Assembly: GCA_016748015.1 (NCBI GenBank) | Contig: JAAOMT010000786.1 | Span: 62,001-126,000 of the forward strand | Direction of reading: 5' to 3' | Source of the DNA: Geosiphon pyriformis uo1 | Lineage: Eukaryota > Fungi > Glomeromycota | Length of the DNA: 64,000 nucleotides | In this document: positions 36,525 to 49,753 of the stretch, in pieces | How the letters are laid out: each line of letters opens with the position of its first letter | Position numbering within the stretch: the stretch's first letter is position 1 | Notes under the pieces: generated by a model | Seen by the model: the letters and a program-made list of their open reading frames with translations, nothing else | Told to the model about the DNA's origin: nothing | The model's database searches: none | Made by a program: the position numbers and the translations under genes

Positions 36525-38728
36525 CAGTTAGGGAGATTTCCTGATTTATCAATGGAAATCATTTTTTTTATGATAGTAAAAAAAATTAGAAAAGCTTTTA
36601 GAAACAATTATAGAACATTAAACAAAATTTCTAAAATATTACAATATTCAATTACTCTTCTTTTTTATAAGCTACCACTATTATTAAAAAACAATGATAG
36701 AACTATTATATCTGGCTTGTTGTTTGCAGATATTATGAGAGTTTTAATAATAGTTAACATATGGTATAATACTACTGCTCTTAGTGCTTTGAAAACTGGT
36801 AGTGCTTCAGAGACTGGTAATGCTTTAGAGACTGTTATTGTGAATATTGATAAAGTTACTTTAGATCAAACTTTGGCTAATAAAATTACTTTTTCTTCAT
36901 ATTGGAAGAAAATATTAACAGATCTACAAGCAAAAATAATGGCCCAATAGGATTCTTCAGAAACAAGTTTGTTAATGGGATATTGCTTAAACAAATCAAT
37001 TACGAATGAAGTTTGAATTTATTTTTTTTTAAGAAGAGAAATATGACCAGTAATAAAACTCAAGGCATAAAAATTCTGATATATACTCAATAAATATGTT
37101 TTTATACTAAATTTGGCATTCATGATTAAAAAAGGGCTCTATACTAACAATTATATTCATTATTTAACCAATATTTAGTATTAGTAAGTAAATGTTTGAC
37201 TGATAGTTTTAAAGATGTATTAAAAATTAACTTTTTTGGAACAAATAAATCTGTGTTAAATGCTTTTCATAATCCAAACATAATCATGCAAAATAGAGAT
37301 TCAGATCTAGACTTAACATATCATGTTTTAAAAATGGGTATATATAATACAATAGTAGTATTGGCACTAAGTCCAATCTTGATGGTTGATAAGATTTTTG
37401 TATATAATCCAAATTCTTTAGCTTGTGGAAAATATTGCAAATAAGAGTTAATAGAAAGAAGTAACAAAAGGCTATATATTAGAAATTATTACTATTAAAC
37501 AATTGGCAATAATTGTTATTAAAGCTCTATAAAACTTATTCAGTGGTTTTTTTTTTAACAGTGTTATGGTTTAAGAATTTAGCAAAAAGAATCATAAAAA
37601 TAATACAAACTATTCAATCATAATATAGCACAGTAATAATCTTAGAAAGGTAATGATTAACATAGTAGCAAACACCATCTCGCGATAGTGACAAGCACCA
37701 GTTCACAATAGCAGCCAACACCAACTGGTGATAGCAGCAAGCACCAGGTTGAAATATCAAAAAGAAAGTATTTTCTTGTAAAACTACAAACATGTATATA
37801 TACAGTAGTTTTAATATTGGGAAAGAATCAATCAAGTAATAAAAATCATAACTTATCAAGCAATAGATCCAATTTTATCCAACAAACTCCACTTTAAATC
37901 ATACTTTCAAATTAAATATCCCAAGAAACCTTTAAAATCAAAAAGAAATGAAAAAGAATATTTAAAACTGAACTATCACAACCCAAAGTATTAAAAAACT
38001 TACTTGTATTATTTATTGAATGAAACTATCATTCATTAACTGAATCCCTTGGAAGAATAATCCTTGATCAAGATTATTCACGTTGTTACTAATTGATAAA
38101 AGCTTTATTGTGAGAATTAGAAAAGCGCTAAAGACCATTAACATTCTGTGTTTCTAGATTAGAGAAACACATCAGGCAATTGCAAGGATAGCCTCAGAGA
38201 AGACCCCAGACAGTGGGTAGATTTCAGTTCAGCCTCTGAGAAGGAGTACATAAACACACAAAACAATCAAGAATTAAAGAATAACTTACATCATAACAGT
38301 AAAAAGAAAGCCTTCAGTGTAACAGTGATACTATCACACAAATAGAATTGAGGAACTCACGAAAGACTGATTGCAATTAAAGCGGGATATCAGCAATTAA
38401 ATATAACAAGAAAACCATCCCATAACAACAGCTAATAGATATCTTAACTGTGTGTTTAAATAATAGAACTGGATGGAGTTTAGGATCCCACAAGACATGT
38501 ATCAATAAAAAAGTCTGACTTATAATCTTTATATTACAACTCTGGACAAAAATCTTGCCAAGTATTACATTAAACAATATAAGTATTAGTGCTATAATAA
38601 CTGTGATTTATATTCCATACAATTTCTGGACTGCATATATCAAAATTATTATCCATTATAGAAACAATTGTATTATGAACATTGAGTTTATAATTAATAC
38701 CTTCAAAAATACAAGCATTGTATATTAA
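36525..38728 (+). pseudogene. Passenger ORF (~440 aa without the LTR), hydrophobic segment plus several N-glycosylation sequons, unknown family
   Basis: ORFs 36552-36950 and 37196-37444, plus frame 38429-38728 after the solo LTR. Duplicate at 47441-48252. Confidence 0.55.
37562..38427 (+). mobile_element. Solo LTR, family B
   Basis: TGTTAT...ATAACA termini, exact 4-bp TSD ACAG, and inverted homology to 45001-45879. Confidence 0.92.
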
Positions 38729-38779
38729 CTGATTATAGTTTTAATTATAAATAGTAATATACCCAACTTAATATAAACA

Positions 38780-41460
38780 AAACTGTACATAATATAATAT
38801 ATTTTTAACTTCTTAAAAGATATTTATTAGGCTGTTATATAATTAATTTAATAAGCTTTGAAAACATGATTACTTAAAAGAGATATTAGAGAGTTAATAA
38901 TAAATAATATTTGTGATTTTATTAACAGATTTATATTTTTAATGATCTGCTTCTTCATTTGTTACTGAAATTGGTTTCCAAGTACTTAACAATGTTTTTT
39001 TAATTTGCTTTGCTTTAAAAAAGTTTATTTTTTTCATTCATGCAATTTCACTGAATTTTTTCATTTTTTTACTTAATATCTATTTATGACCAATATTATA
39101 AAAAACACAATTAGAAACATTTGGATTTACAAACTGTGTTTTTCTTATTTGAACTTAAAATTGATTTGATTTAGCAATAAAACTAGGACATATACAAGAC
39201 CTGTATATTTCACTTTTAGAATATCTGATAACATTAAAGAGATTAATATACAATCTTTCAAATTTAATATAATTATGTACTGCAATTTTCCAATGTCATT
39301 GTAAAAGTGTAGAAAAAATCAATAATTTGAACATTTTATTAATTTCTTCAAGTATTACATCATGGCTTTGATGTTGATTTGAAAGTTTAGATTAAGAAAT
39401 TACAATTTTTTTTGAATCAGCTTGCAAACTTCAGACTTCAATCATAGCCATTGTTCTTTATTAGCAATTTCAATTAATTGGTAAATAAGATAGTGCCAAG
39501 CAGACTAAATTGGTATAAACATTTGTCTAGTTACAAGTCTTAATGAAGACCTATTGAAACAAACTTTAGTGTAAAAGTTAATAATTGCTTGTAAATAAAA
39601 AAAGATTTGTTTATACTTTAACTTGAACATAGAATCTGTTTTATTTTGGGCTTATTTTAAATAACCTTCAACAAATAGATTTTCTTTAGAAACAACATAT
39701 GGCCACATTAATTCGAAAGTCATTGCATGTTTATATATATTACATATCAAATTCTATGACTTATAATGATCAGAACATTTTTTAAAAAACTGCAGTTGAT
39801 TTTTATTCTGATATTTTTGACATTATGCAAAGTATTTTATATTGATATTTCAATTCAGTTCAACAAATGTTTTTAGCATATTCATCTCTTTATAAAGAAA
39901 ATTTAGAACCAATATAAGTTAAGGAAAGTTTTTTTTAATTGTTTGTACATGATGATAAAGTACTTCATTATATGTTACTACAATCCATTTGTGGCTATTA
40001 TTTTTAATGTTAAATGGTTCTTTAATATGCTTAAAAACCTTTTGAATATTGGCAATTGAGTTTGAATTTATGGTTATTAGATCAGAAACATATAATTGTG
40101 ACATATAAACTTTAATTTTCAAATACAATTGTGTATTTTCAAATGTGTGAGAATAAGAAATAAGTTTTTTGAAAATATTAGCTGATTCATTCAATTGATT
40201 TATCTTGGTAATTGTTGGTAATTTGTTACAGTATACAGAACAAACTTGCTTTTTATTATCAATGTTAGATAATTAACAAGCTGAACATTTTTTTAAAAAA
40301 CCAATTTGGCTTTGATGTTATATTAATTTATTAATCATATTTGTTTCTTGACTTTTTTTCACACAAAGCTTTTCTAAAATAATAGTAAGATAATTAGTAA
40401 GTTTTTTATAAATTTCATTTATCATACTTGAAGTTAAAGAAAATAATTTTTCATATTCCTTTTTGGGAAGTTTAGAATATAACTAAGAATCTATATTTTG
40501 AATATTATTAATTTAATCATAATTAAAAGCAACAAAACTTATAATGATATTGAATATAACTGTATTATATTCATGATTTAAGTAATTTTTTTGACTTTTT
40601 TGTTTATTGTCAAAAACTAAAAATAAAAATTCTTTGAGAAGCTTTAATTGTTTTATACCCAAATTTTCTAACTAGTTAGTAAAATTTTTATAGAAATTAG
40701 AATTTATAATATAATTATCAATATTAATGACTATTTTCGATCTTACTACTAAATATTTAATTGCTGAAGTGGCTAAATTAATAGTAAAAACATATTTTAA
40801 GTGCCTTAATTCATATATAACATCAACTGTTATAGTACACTTAAAAAGCTTTTTCCCTTTATTTTGATATTCATCTTCATTATAAGTAAGAATTTCAATA
40901 AATTTTACAATGACTGGATTTTGTTTTGTAAGTCATGTTAAAAGACAATACTCTAAAAAACTATCTAGACTAAAATGGTCATAATTTTTTTTCAAATTTA
41001 TTATATTATTATACAAATTATCTCGTTTTTTTTTGGTGATTTCTATTATAAATTTAATATAACCTTGTTAATTATTAAATGCTTCACTTAATTGCTTCTT
41101 TAATATTATATTTTCAGATAATAATTGCTGATTGATATCTTTTAGCTTTTGTATTTATTTTATATACTTTATATATTGAATCTGACAAGAATACTTGAAC
41201 TTTAAAATCAGAAAAAGTTTTTTCTAATTCTAATAACTTGTTATTATTAGAAAGTCTTGGTTTTTTTCTTTCTTTTTTTAAATCTAAAAAAGTTAAATTA
41301 TTTGATTTAGTAATTTATTTAATAAAAGACTTTTTAACAACAATCTGATTATAATGTCTTTTACATAAAAAATAATTGTTTAAAGAGTCAAATAATATAG
41401 TTAATCTAAGAAAATACTTAGTTATTTCTGTTATTTTTTTTATTACAACATTAACTAATA
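38780..41460 (-). pseudogene. Academ-like transposase remnant
   Basis: KWIVVTYNEVLY and LNFLYKEMN revert by transitions only to VTCDGVPY and PGSLHEEMN. QHQGHDAILEEIN-type motif near 39340-39380 and 48850-48890. Confidence 0.6.
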
Positions 41461-41464
41461 TATG

Positions 41465-44400
41465 TTGTTATCTTTGACTTTTTTTGGTCTCACATTTTGC
41501 TAATCAACTTTCTATGCAAATAATGCTAAACACCAATTAGATTACAAGAATTTTTTGTGGATTATTCCAGAATTAATCAAAGTATTAGATGTCAATCTCT
41601 TGTTCTAGATTGGTATAGGCTACAAATTTTTCTAACTTAGGACTGTCAAGTGAGTTTTGTTGATTTATTGATTGATTTTGGTACTACTGATTCTCAATTT
41701 CCATTTTTCTTACCAAGTTTCTTTCATATTAACACTCTTTACAGTGCTGACTTTGGCATGGAATAAGACAATTTTTGCAAAAGTAAGTGTTAATCTGGAT
41801 GAGATACTATTCTTGTTCTTGGCAAGTGGGGCATAGTTGTTGATAGTTTTCCTGGAATTTGTCCAGTTGGTAACTTTGTCGGCTATTTCGGCTGACATTT
41901 TTTAATATCATATTTCTTTGGTGGTTCCTCTTCTTACTTTGGCTTGTGTGGTATTGTATAACTTGTCCTCATCATGTGGGTAGTGCTGCAGTCTTCTTAA
42001 TGCTCTATTGAATGCTGCTTTAAACAGCATTTCTTCTCTTATCCAGTTACAGATAAAGATTGTGTATTGGCAAGTTGTATCACACATTCTTTCTCTATCT
42101 AGCATGTCGATTCAGTTACACCCTTTTGGCAATAGTTCTCCACAAGCAAGACATGGTTTTTTGTCTCATTTTCTGTGTCTTTCTGGATAACCATATTTTT
42201 TTTTGTTACAATGGTTACAGTAGTAGTGGGTGGGGTTTCTTGGGTTTTTGTTTGGTGCACTGCACGCAGTCATAGACGAGAGTTTCTTATTGCAAACTAA
42301 ACATTCTAGTTTTGGTCTGCATTACTGACAGCTTCTTCGTGGACTTACTTGGTTCCATTCAGATTTTTTTTCACTCCTCCAAGTTAATATGGCCAGTAGT
42401 CTTGTTCTTTGGTCATCAGCCCACAAGAGCTGATAAGTTTTGATGGCTGGTAGGACTGGATTTTTCTCGAATTTGAAGATAGGTCTTTGGTTGGTGCTGG
42501 GTTTTTGGAAGTGGCCACATGTGGCTGGAATTTTGGTATGGTGGCCATTATAGCTGATAAGAAGTTCTTGGGTGGTCCAGTCTAGTGTGGCATTGGCTTT
42601 TGTTAGCCAGTCATTCTCTACTAACACTTGATATTATGTAGTATCCATTATTAATACTTTTGTAGGTATTATTATGCCATTAATTTCAAAAAAAAATAAG
42701 TCAATTTTATCATGAGACAGCTTGGTACTATCTAAGATAAGTTTAATTGGGGTGTTGTTTACAATTGCTTCCATATACATAGTAGTGATTAGGCATTTTT
42801 CATCCAATACTGCTCCATTGAACATAGCTTTGTTTTCCTCTAATTCAAAAGAAAAAATGGCTGCAAGGCTGCTATTTTCAGTGACAACTACTGGTGGTAT
42901 AGTTTGGCTCAAATTTTGATTTTTGGGCAAATTTTCAGTTTTGATTATGTTTCTACCATCATTGTTTCTGATGTTCAGATTTTCCAGTATATTAAGATAA
43001 GTTTGCTGATAATTTTGGTAGTTTAGATTGGCTTGCTGACTGGGTCCAGCGCAGTTTGGGTTTCTCTGAACCAATGCATTTTGATTCCACATGGGCTAAT
43101 TTTGGGGCTCAAAACACCAATTTTGGTTGGCTACTATGGGCTGTTGCTGGTAAGTTCCTTGATTTTGGTACATGGTGGGGTATTGACATGGTATTGGTGT
43201 GTATTGATTCCTGGGCATTTGGGATGGCATGTAATAATTATTCTCACATGCCTTGTACATCATTTGCATTTGACATTGACTAATCAAATGTCCTACATGT
43301 TTGCAAAAATAGCAGACACGTGTTTTTGTTCTGAAGTCCTGGCACAATGAGCAATTATTTTGGCTGCCACTGAATTCCTGGTTGCATCTCTGAGGTGGTT
43401 GGTATGTATTACTTCTTCCTGGGTCCAAGATGAAGTAACTTTTTATTTTCTTAGAGAGTTTCTTCCTTAATTGTGCTACTTTCTTCTCTAAAGTTTCTGT
43501 TTTGTTTTTCTCAATTACCATGTTAACTATTTGACTATGGTTAGCTTTTTTCTCAGCTGATTCAAGGGCTCTGGCAAGTGTAATGGCTTCTGGTAAGGAA
43601 TTAGGGTGGGCAGGACATACTCTTTCTAAAATGCTGCTTGTTAATCCTCTAATAAATTGATTTAAAACCTGAGGCTCAGTGTAGTATTCTTGCTCAATTG
43701 CTTCAATCTGAAAGTAAATTCGATTAAATCAAGCAAGGTATTTGGTAACAGTTTCACCTGTACCTTGCTTGATAGTATTGAATTCATTTTGCAATTGGAT
43801 TATGGCATTTGGGTTGCTAAAATACTCCAAAAGTGTGTCTTTAAATTCAGCAAAGCTCATGAGTTTTGTTTCCAAGCTTTGATACTATGAGTCAACAGTG
43901 CTTTTTAGGAAGAAAGGTAACATTTGGATTGCTCTTTGATCATTCCAGTTATTTGTCTGGATGGTTTTTTGTGCTTCTCTGAGCCATGTGTACATGTCCG
44001 TTTCTTCTTTCTTTTCTGAAAAATCTGTTAATTGCACAATGTATGGTGTAGCTATTTTGTTGTTGTTTCCTGCTGGTGAATTTATTGGTCTAAGAAGAGG
44101 TGGAATGATATTTTCTTGAACATCTCTAAAAGTGGCTTCTTTTATATCTGGTTTTTTCTCTTGATTACGAGTTTCTTGGTTTTTGGACTGGCTGCTTGTT
44201 CTAGTGACTAGTCTTGTGCTTGTTTTTTCACTGGTTTCTTCAGATTTCGATTCAGACTCCTCTTTACAGTTTTTAAACCTGCTCCGAATTTTGGTTGAAA
44301 AAAAGGTTTTTGAAATAGCAATGAATATTCTCCTGTAATTGGTATATCTCCCCAATTGCGTTGTTTGAGCTTCTCAATGTAATTAGGAGTTCTCGGTATT

Positions 44401-45879
44401 TGTGAGGTTGATGTGGATAATGATGCAGTTCCTAATAGGAGTTGGATTTTATTATCTGAGAAAAAATAGTAAGATCTTTCTTCTGGTGAATGAAGGTGTT
44501 GTTTCTTAACTGATTGCACAATGTTTTTCTTGGACATTTGGGCAAATGTTCCTAATTTTTACTGATTTTCTTTGTAATTAATTTCTGAATTGTGAACATA
44601 TTCTCTGGTGTTCTTTGTAGATATTGAGTAATTTTTGTTGGCATATTGCTCAATTTTGCAATGAATTTGAACAATAGTCGTGGCTATTGCTATTGTTTTT
44701 TTTGTAGTAAATTAAGATAATTCCCTATATAATTGATGTTTTACATTGTTTGGTTTTTCTTTCCTTTCTATGTGATAATTTATTCTGGCATTAATGTAAT
44801 AGATGAAGACATTTTCAGCTGGACAACACTCTTCTGGTAATCCAAAATCACTTTGATGTTGTAAATAAAGGGCACAACAAAATTCAACAACAGTGAGGTT
44901 AGGAGTTTTTGTCGCCACTTTGGTTTTCCTTTTTTTTAGCAATGAATTATTGCTAATTATTAGTTTTCTTTAATTTTTTTTTCTTGTAGGGTTTACCAAA
45001 TGTTATGAAATGGTTTTCTTGGTATATTTAATTGCCAATATCCCATTTTAATTGCAATCAGTCTCTCGTGAGTTCCTCAATTTTATTTGTGTAATAATGT
45101 TACTGTTATACTGAAAGCTTTCTCTTTAATGTTGTAATGTAAGTTATTTCTCAATTCCTGATTGTTGTGTATGTTTATGTAATTCTTCCCAGAGACTGAA
45201 CTGAAATCTACCCACTGTCTGGGGTCTTCTCTGAGGCTATTCTTGCAATTGCCTAATGTGTTTCTCTAATCTAGAAACATGGAATGTTAATGGTCTTTAG
45301 CACTTTTCTTAATTCTCATAATAAAGCTTTTATCAATTAGTAACAATGTGAATAATCTTGATCAGAAATTATTCTTCCAAGGGATTCAGCTAATGAATGA
45401 TAGTTTCATTCAATAAATAATACAAATAAGTTTCTTAATACTTTGGGTTGTGATCATTCAGTTTTCAATATTTTTTTTTATTTCTTTTTGATTAAAAGTT
45501 TTTGTGGATATTTATTTTAAAAGTAAAGACTAGAAGATAATTAAAGTGGAACTGTTGGATGAATTGTTTGATAACTTGGTTTTATGATTTGTTTTATGAC
45601 TTGTTGTTTTTCTCAATATTAAAGCTACTGTATATATATATGTTTATAGTTCTATGAGAAAACACATTGTAATACTTTCTTTTTGGTATTTCAACCTAGT
45701 GTTTGCCACTATTACCAGTTAGTGTTGGCTGCTATTGTGAACTGGTGCTTGTCACTATTACAAGATAGTGCTTGCCACTATGTTAATCATTACCTTTCTA
45801 AGATTATTACTGTGCTATATTATGATTGGATAATTTATTTTATTTTATGATTCTTTTGCTAAATTCTTGAACTGTAACA
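41465..45879 (-). mobile_element. Gypsy family B, 5' half (LTR, PBS, gag, protease, Cys-rich region); truncated
   Basis: LTR at 45001-45879, PBS-like TGGTAAACCC, capsid WLREAQKTIQTNNWNDQRAIQMLPFFL, knuckle CYFCKHVGHLISQC, KLILDS and CDTTCQYTI. Confidence 0.9.
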
Positions 45880-46945
45880 GTGATATCAAATGCTGTTTTA
45901 GCTGGAGTAAGGATGTCATTAAGAGTATTTAATAGCATTTGATATTCAGATAATTTTGAAATAGTGGCAAATTGGATGAAATCTAACCACTGAATAAATG
46001 AATTAAAAATAGTAAATTCATAAAGATTACTTGTCTGTTTAAGGATAAAGGTTGGGGGTTTGAGAATACTTCTAACAGCAGTGACATAATATACAGAATT
46101 AGTTCTAAAAGACATTTTAAAAGAACTTCCAAATTATGTGTTGCTTTAAATAATTAACTGATTCCTTGAATTTTATAAGATCGTTATTAAATTCTATAAC
46201 TAAAAGTGCTAATCTGTTACCTTTAGTTTTCTCAAAATCCACTAAATATTGTTTCTGAAAGAATAATATTAATGATAACCAGTGATTTATGTGCTCTGGT
46301 ACATTAGTGTTAAAATACTTAGTAGTGATCTTCGGATCTCTATGGCGGATTATTCTATAAATGTAGGATAAAATGCAATGGTGAGTCAATACAACTGCTA
46401 AATTGTTTATATCAATATGTAAACAAATATAAGACCAATGTTCTTCTTCAATTATGCAGAAGTAGTCACCAAGATCAGAAGTTTGTATTTCCAGGTTTTC
46501 CCAAAAGAATTGTAATAAAAAAGATAGCCTAGAACTTACTTAAGTTCATTAAAAATAATAATAATAAAAGATTGTTGTTTTTTTTCTTAAGTTTGATAAG
46601 GTAAATAGATTAATATTTCTTTAATCAAGTAATAATAACATGAATTCGATGATAATAGATAATTTTATTAATATGGGAATGATTCCACTTCAAATTATAG
46701 AAAACTATTTTTTGAAGGGAGGGGTATTGTTGAATTCTCCTGGAATTACTTTTTCTGCTTTTAACACTCTCGCTATATATATATAATTTGTGTTATATAA
46801 AATTTTTGGGAATTCTGCAATTCTCCGAAAGAATTCTGAAATTCTGCAATTCCCCAAGAGAATCCTGGAATTCCCCATTTTACTACACCTATTTCTGATT
46901 GGTTATTTTACCTATTATTATAATTCCTAATTTTTATAAGTAACA
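45880..46945 (-). mobile_element. Family A LTR 5' half (U3/TATA) fused directly to an unknown ~220-codon degenerate ORF
   Basis: TGTTACTTATA start at 46945 with GCAT flank. LTR homology ends near 46600. ORF from ATG 46549 has one stop and two frameshifts and is cut by the family B LTR. Confidence 0.6.
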
Positions 46946-47440
46946 GCATTAATAACTTGGATCTAATACAGATTTTTATAGAAGCATTTTAAGTATGTGG
47001 AAAATCTTTTAGTATTACTTTGTTTGAAAGTAGTAAATCCAGTTAACAGTTGATTAATGTTATTATGATCACTAAAATATTGTAGAAAGTTTTGTTTAAA
47101 AGTGTCAAAAGTCTGAGACTTATTAATCAAGCTTTAATACCATAAATTAGCAGTATTTTGGAAAAAATATAAAATAGCTTATAGTATAGTAAACTTTCTT
47201 TATAGTCTCTCTGGTTATAATTATTATCTTCTTATAATCACATTTTTTTAAAAACCAAAACTATTTATATATAATATTATCTCCTTATAGTCATTTTTAC
47301 TATATATATCTACTTATAGTCTCTATTCCCACAAATATGATAGCAAAATATAAGTAATTTCCACTCTTTATAGTTACACTATAATTATATGATATTAGAT
47401 ATGAACATCAGATGTTATTTTATATTTAATCGGACATATA

Positions 47441-49370
47441 TAGTTAGGGAGATTTCCTGATTTGTCAATAAAAATTATTCTTTTTATGGTAATAAAAAAA
47501 ATTAGAGAAGTTTCTGGAAACAATTGTAGAACACTAAACAAAATTTTTGAAATATTACAATATTTAATTACTCTTCTTCTTTATAAGCCACCACTGCCAT
47601 CAGAAGACAATGATAGAACTATTATATCTGGCTTGTTGTTTGTGAGTATTATGAGAGTTTTAATAATAGTTGACATATGGTACAATACTGCTGCTTTTGG
47701 TGCTTTGGAGACTGATGGTGCTTCAGAGGCTGGTAGTGCTTTAGAAGCTGTTGTTGCAGGTATTGATAAAGTTACTTTGGATCAAACTTTGGCTAACAAG
47801 ATTACTTTTTCTCTGTATTGGGAGAAAGAATTAACAGATCTACAAGTGAAAATAATGGCCCAATAGGATCTTTCAGGAACAAGTTTGTTAATATGACATT
47901 GTTCGAGCAAATCAATTGGGAACAGAGTTCGAATTTATCTTTCCTTAAAAAAAGAAATGTGACCAGTAATAAAACTCAGAGCATAAAAATTCCAATATAT
48001 ATCCAATAAATATATTTTCACACCAACTTTGGCATTTGCGATTAAAAAAGAGCTTTATACTAACAATTATATTTATTATTCAACCAATATTTAGTATTAG
48101 CGAGTGAAAGTTTGACTGATAGTTTTAAAGATGTATTAAAAATCAACTTTTTTGGGGCAAATAAATTCGTGTTAAATGCTTTTCATAATCCAAACATAAT
48201 CATACAGAATGGAGATTTAGATCTAAACTTAATATATTATGTTTTAAAAATGCCAATTAAAAATAGTAATAAACCCAATCTAATGTAAACAAAACTGTAT
48301 ACAATACAATATATTTCTAACTTCTTGAAGGATATTTATTAGGCTGTCGCATGATTAACTTAATAAGTTTTAAAACCATAATTACTTAAAAGAGGTATTA
48401 AAGAGTTAATAAAAGATAATAGTTGTAATTTTATTAACAGATTTACATTTTTTGATGATCTGCTTCTTTACTTGTTACTGGAATTGGTTTCCAAGTATCT
48501 AACAATGTTTTTTTAATTCACTTTGCTTTAAGAAAGTCTATTTTTTTTATTTGTGCAATTTTACTGAATTTTTTTATTTTTTCACTTAATATCTATTTAT
48601 GATTAATATCACAAAAAACACGATTAGAAACATTTGGATTTACAAACTGTGTCTTTCTTATCTGAACTCGAAATTGATTTGATTCAGCAATAAAGCTAGA
48701 ACATGTACAAGACCTGTATATTTTACTTTTAGAATATCCAATAATATTAAAGAAGTTAGTACACAATCTCTCAAATTTGATACAATTACACACTACAATT
48801 TCCCAATGCCATTGTGAAGGTGTAGAAGGAATCAACAATTTGAGTGTTTTGTTAATTTTTTTAAGTATTGCATCATGGCCTTGATGTTGATTTGAAAGTT
48901 TAGATCAAGAAATTACAATTTTTTCTTGAATCAGCTTGCAAACTTCAGGCTTCAATCATAGCCATTGTTCTTCATCAGCAATTTCAATTAATTGGTAAAT
49001 AGGATGGCACCAAGCAGACCAAATTGGTGCAAACATTTGTCTAGCCATAAGTCTTAATAAAGACCTATTGAAACAAACTCCAGTGCAAAAGTTAATAATT
49101 GTTTGTAAATAAAAAAAGACTTGTTCATATTTTAACCTGAATGTAGGATCTGTTTCATTTTGGGCCCATTCTAAGTAATCTTTAACAGATGGATTTTTCT
49201 TAGAAACAACATATAACCATATTAATTTGGAAGCCATTACATGTCTATATATATTACATATCAAATTTTACAACTTATGATAATCAGGACATTTTTTAAA
49301 AAACTGCAGTTGACTTTCACTCTGATATCCCTGATATTGTACAAAGTATTTTATATCAATATTCCAATTG
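47441..49370. mobile_element. Internally deleted copy of the Academ-like element nested in the pogo
   Basis: Matches 36525-37340 joined to ~38745-39855. Flanked by ATA (extendable to ATATA) direct repeats. Confidence 0.75.
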
Positions 49371-49753
49371 ATATAGACATTGCTGTATTTGGGAGGCTTA
49401 ACAACATAACATTGTGCTATCTTCTATGCAATTATGTAAGTATGCGAAGAATCAAATTGACAATCTTTATTATTGATTATCAGTTGGGGATAAGAGGCAA
49501 AAAGTGTCACAGATGCATTATCAAAATTAGGTTTCTTTTTACCAAGAATTTGTCATTTGCACTTAGAATTCTACAGTTGAATTAAAACTTTCATTTTTAT
49601 AATTTGGCCACTTTTTATAATCTGAGGCATTTCATATAATATAAGACACCTCACATGTCCAATTAAATATAAAGCAAAATGACATTTGAGACATAACAGA
49701 TACATCAATACATTATAAAAACAAAATGCAATAAAAAGTGTGTTCTTATTAAC

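Larger units (their letters stand above)
36525..41460. mobile_element. Academ-like (DUF6589-related) DDE DNA transposon with a passenger ORF; right end lost
   Basis: Starts CAGTTAGGGAG, the same start as the copy at 47441. Plus-strand passenger at 36525-38728, minus-strand transposase at ~38780-41460. Superfamily call is from motif recall. Confidence 0.55.

Noticed and set aside
36528-36533. TTAGGG telomeric motif at the start of the Academ-like element
   Set aside because: Single copy only, and part of the element terminus and reading frame.
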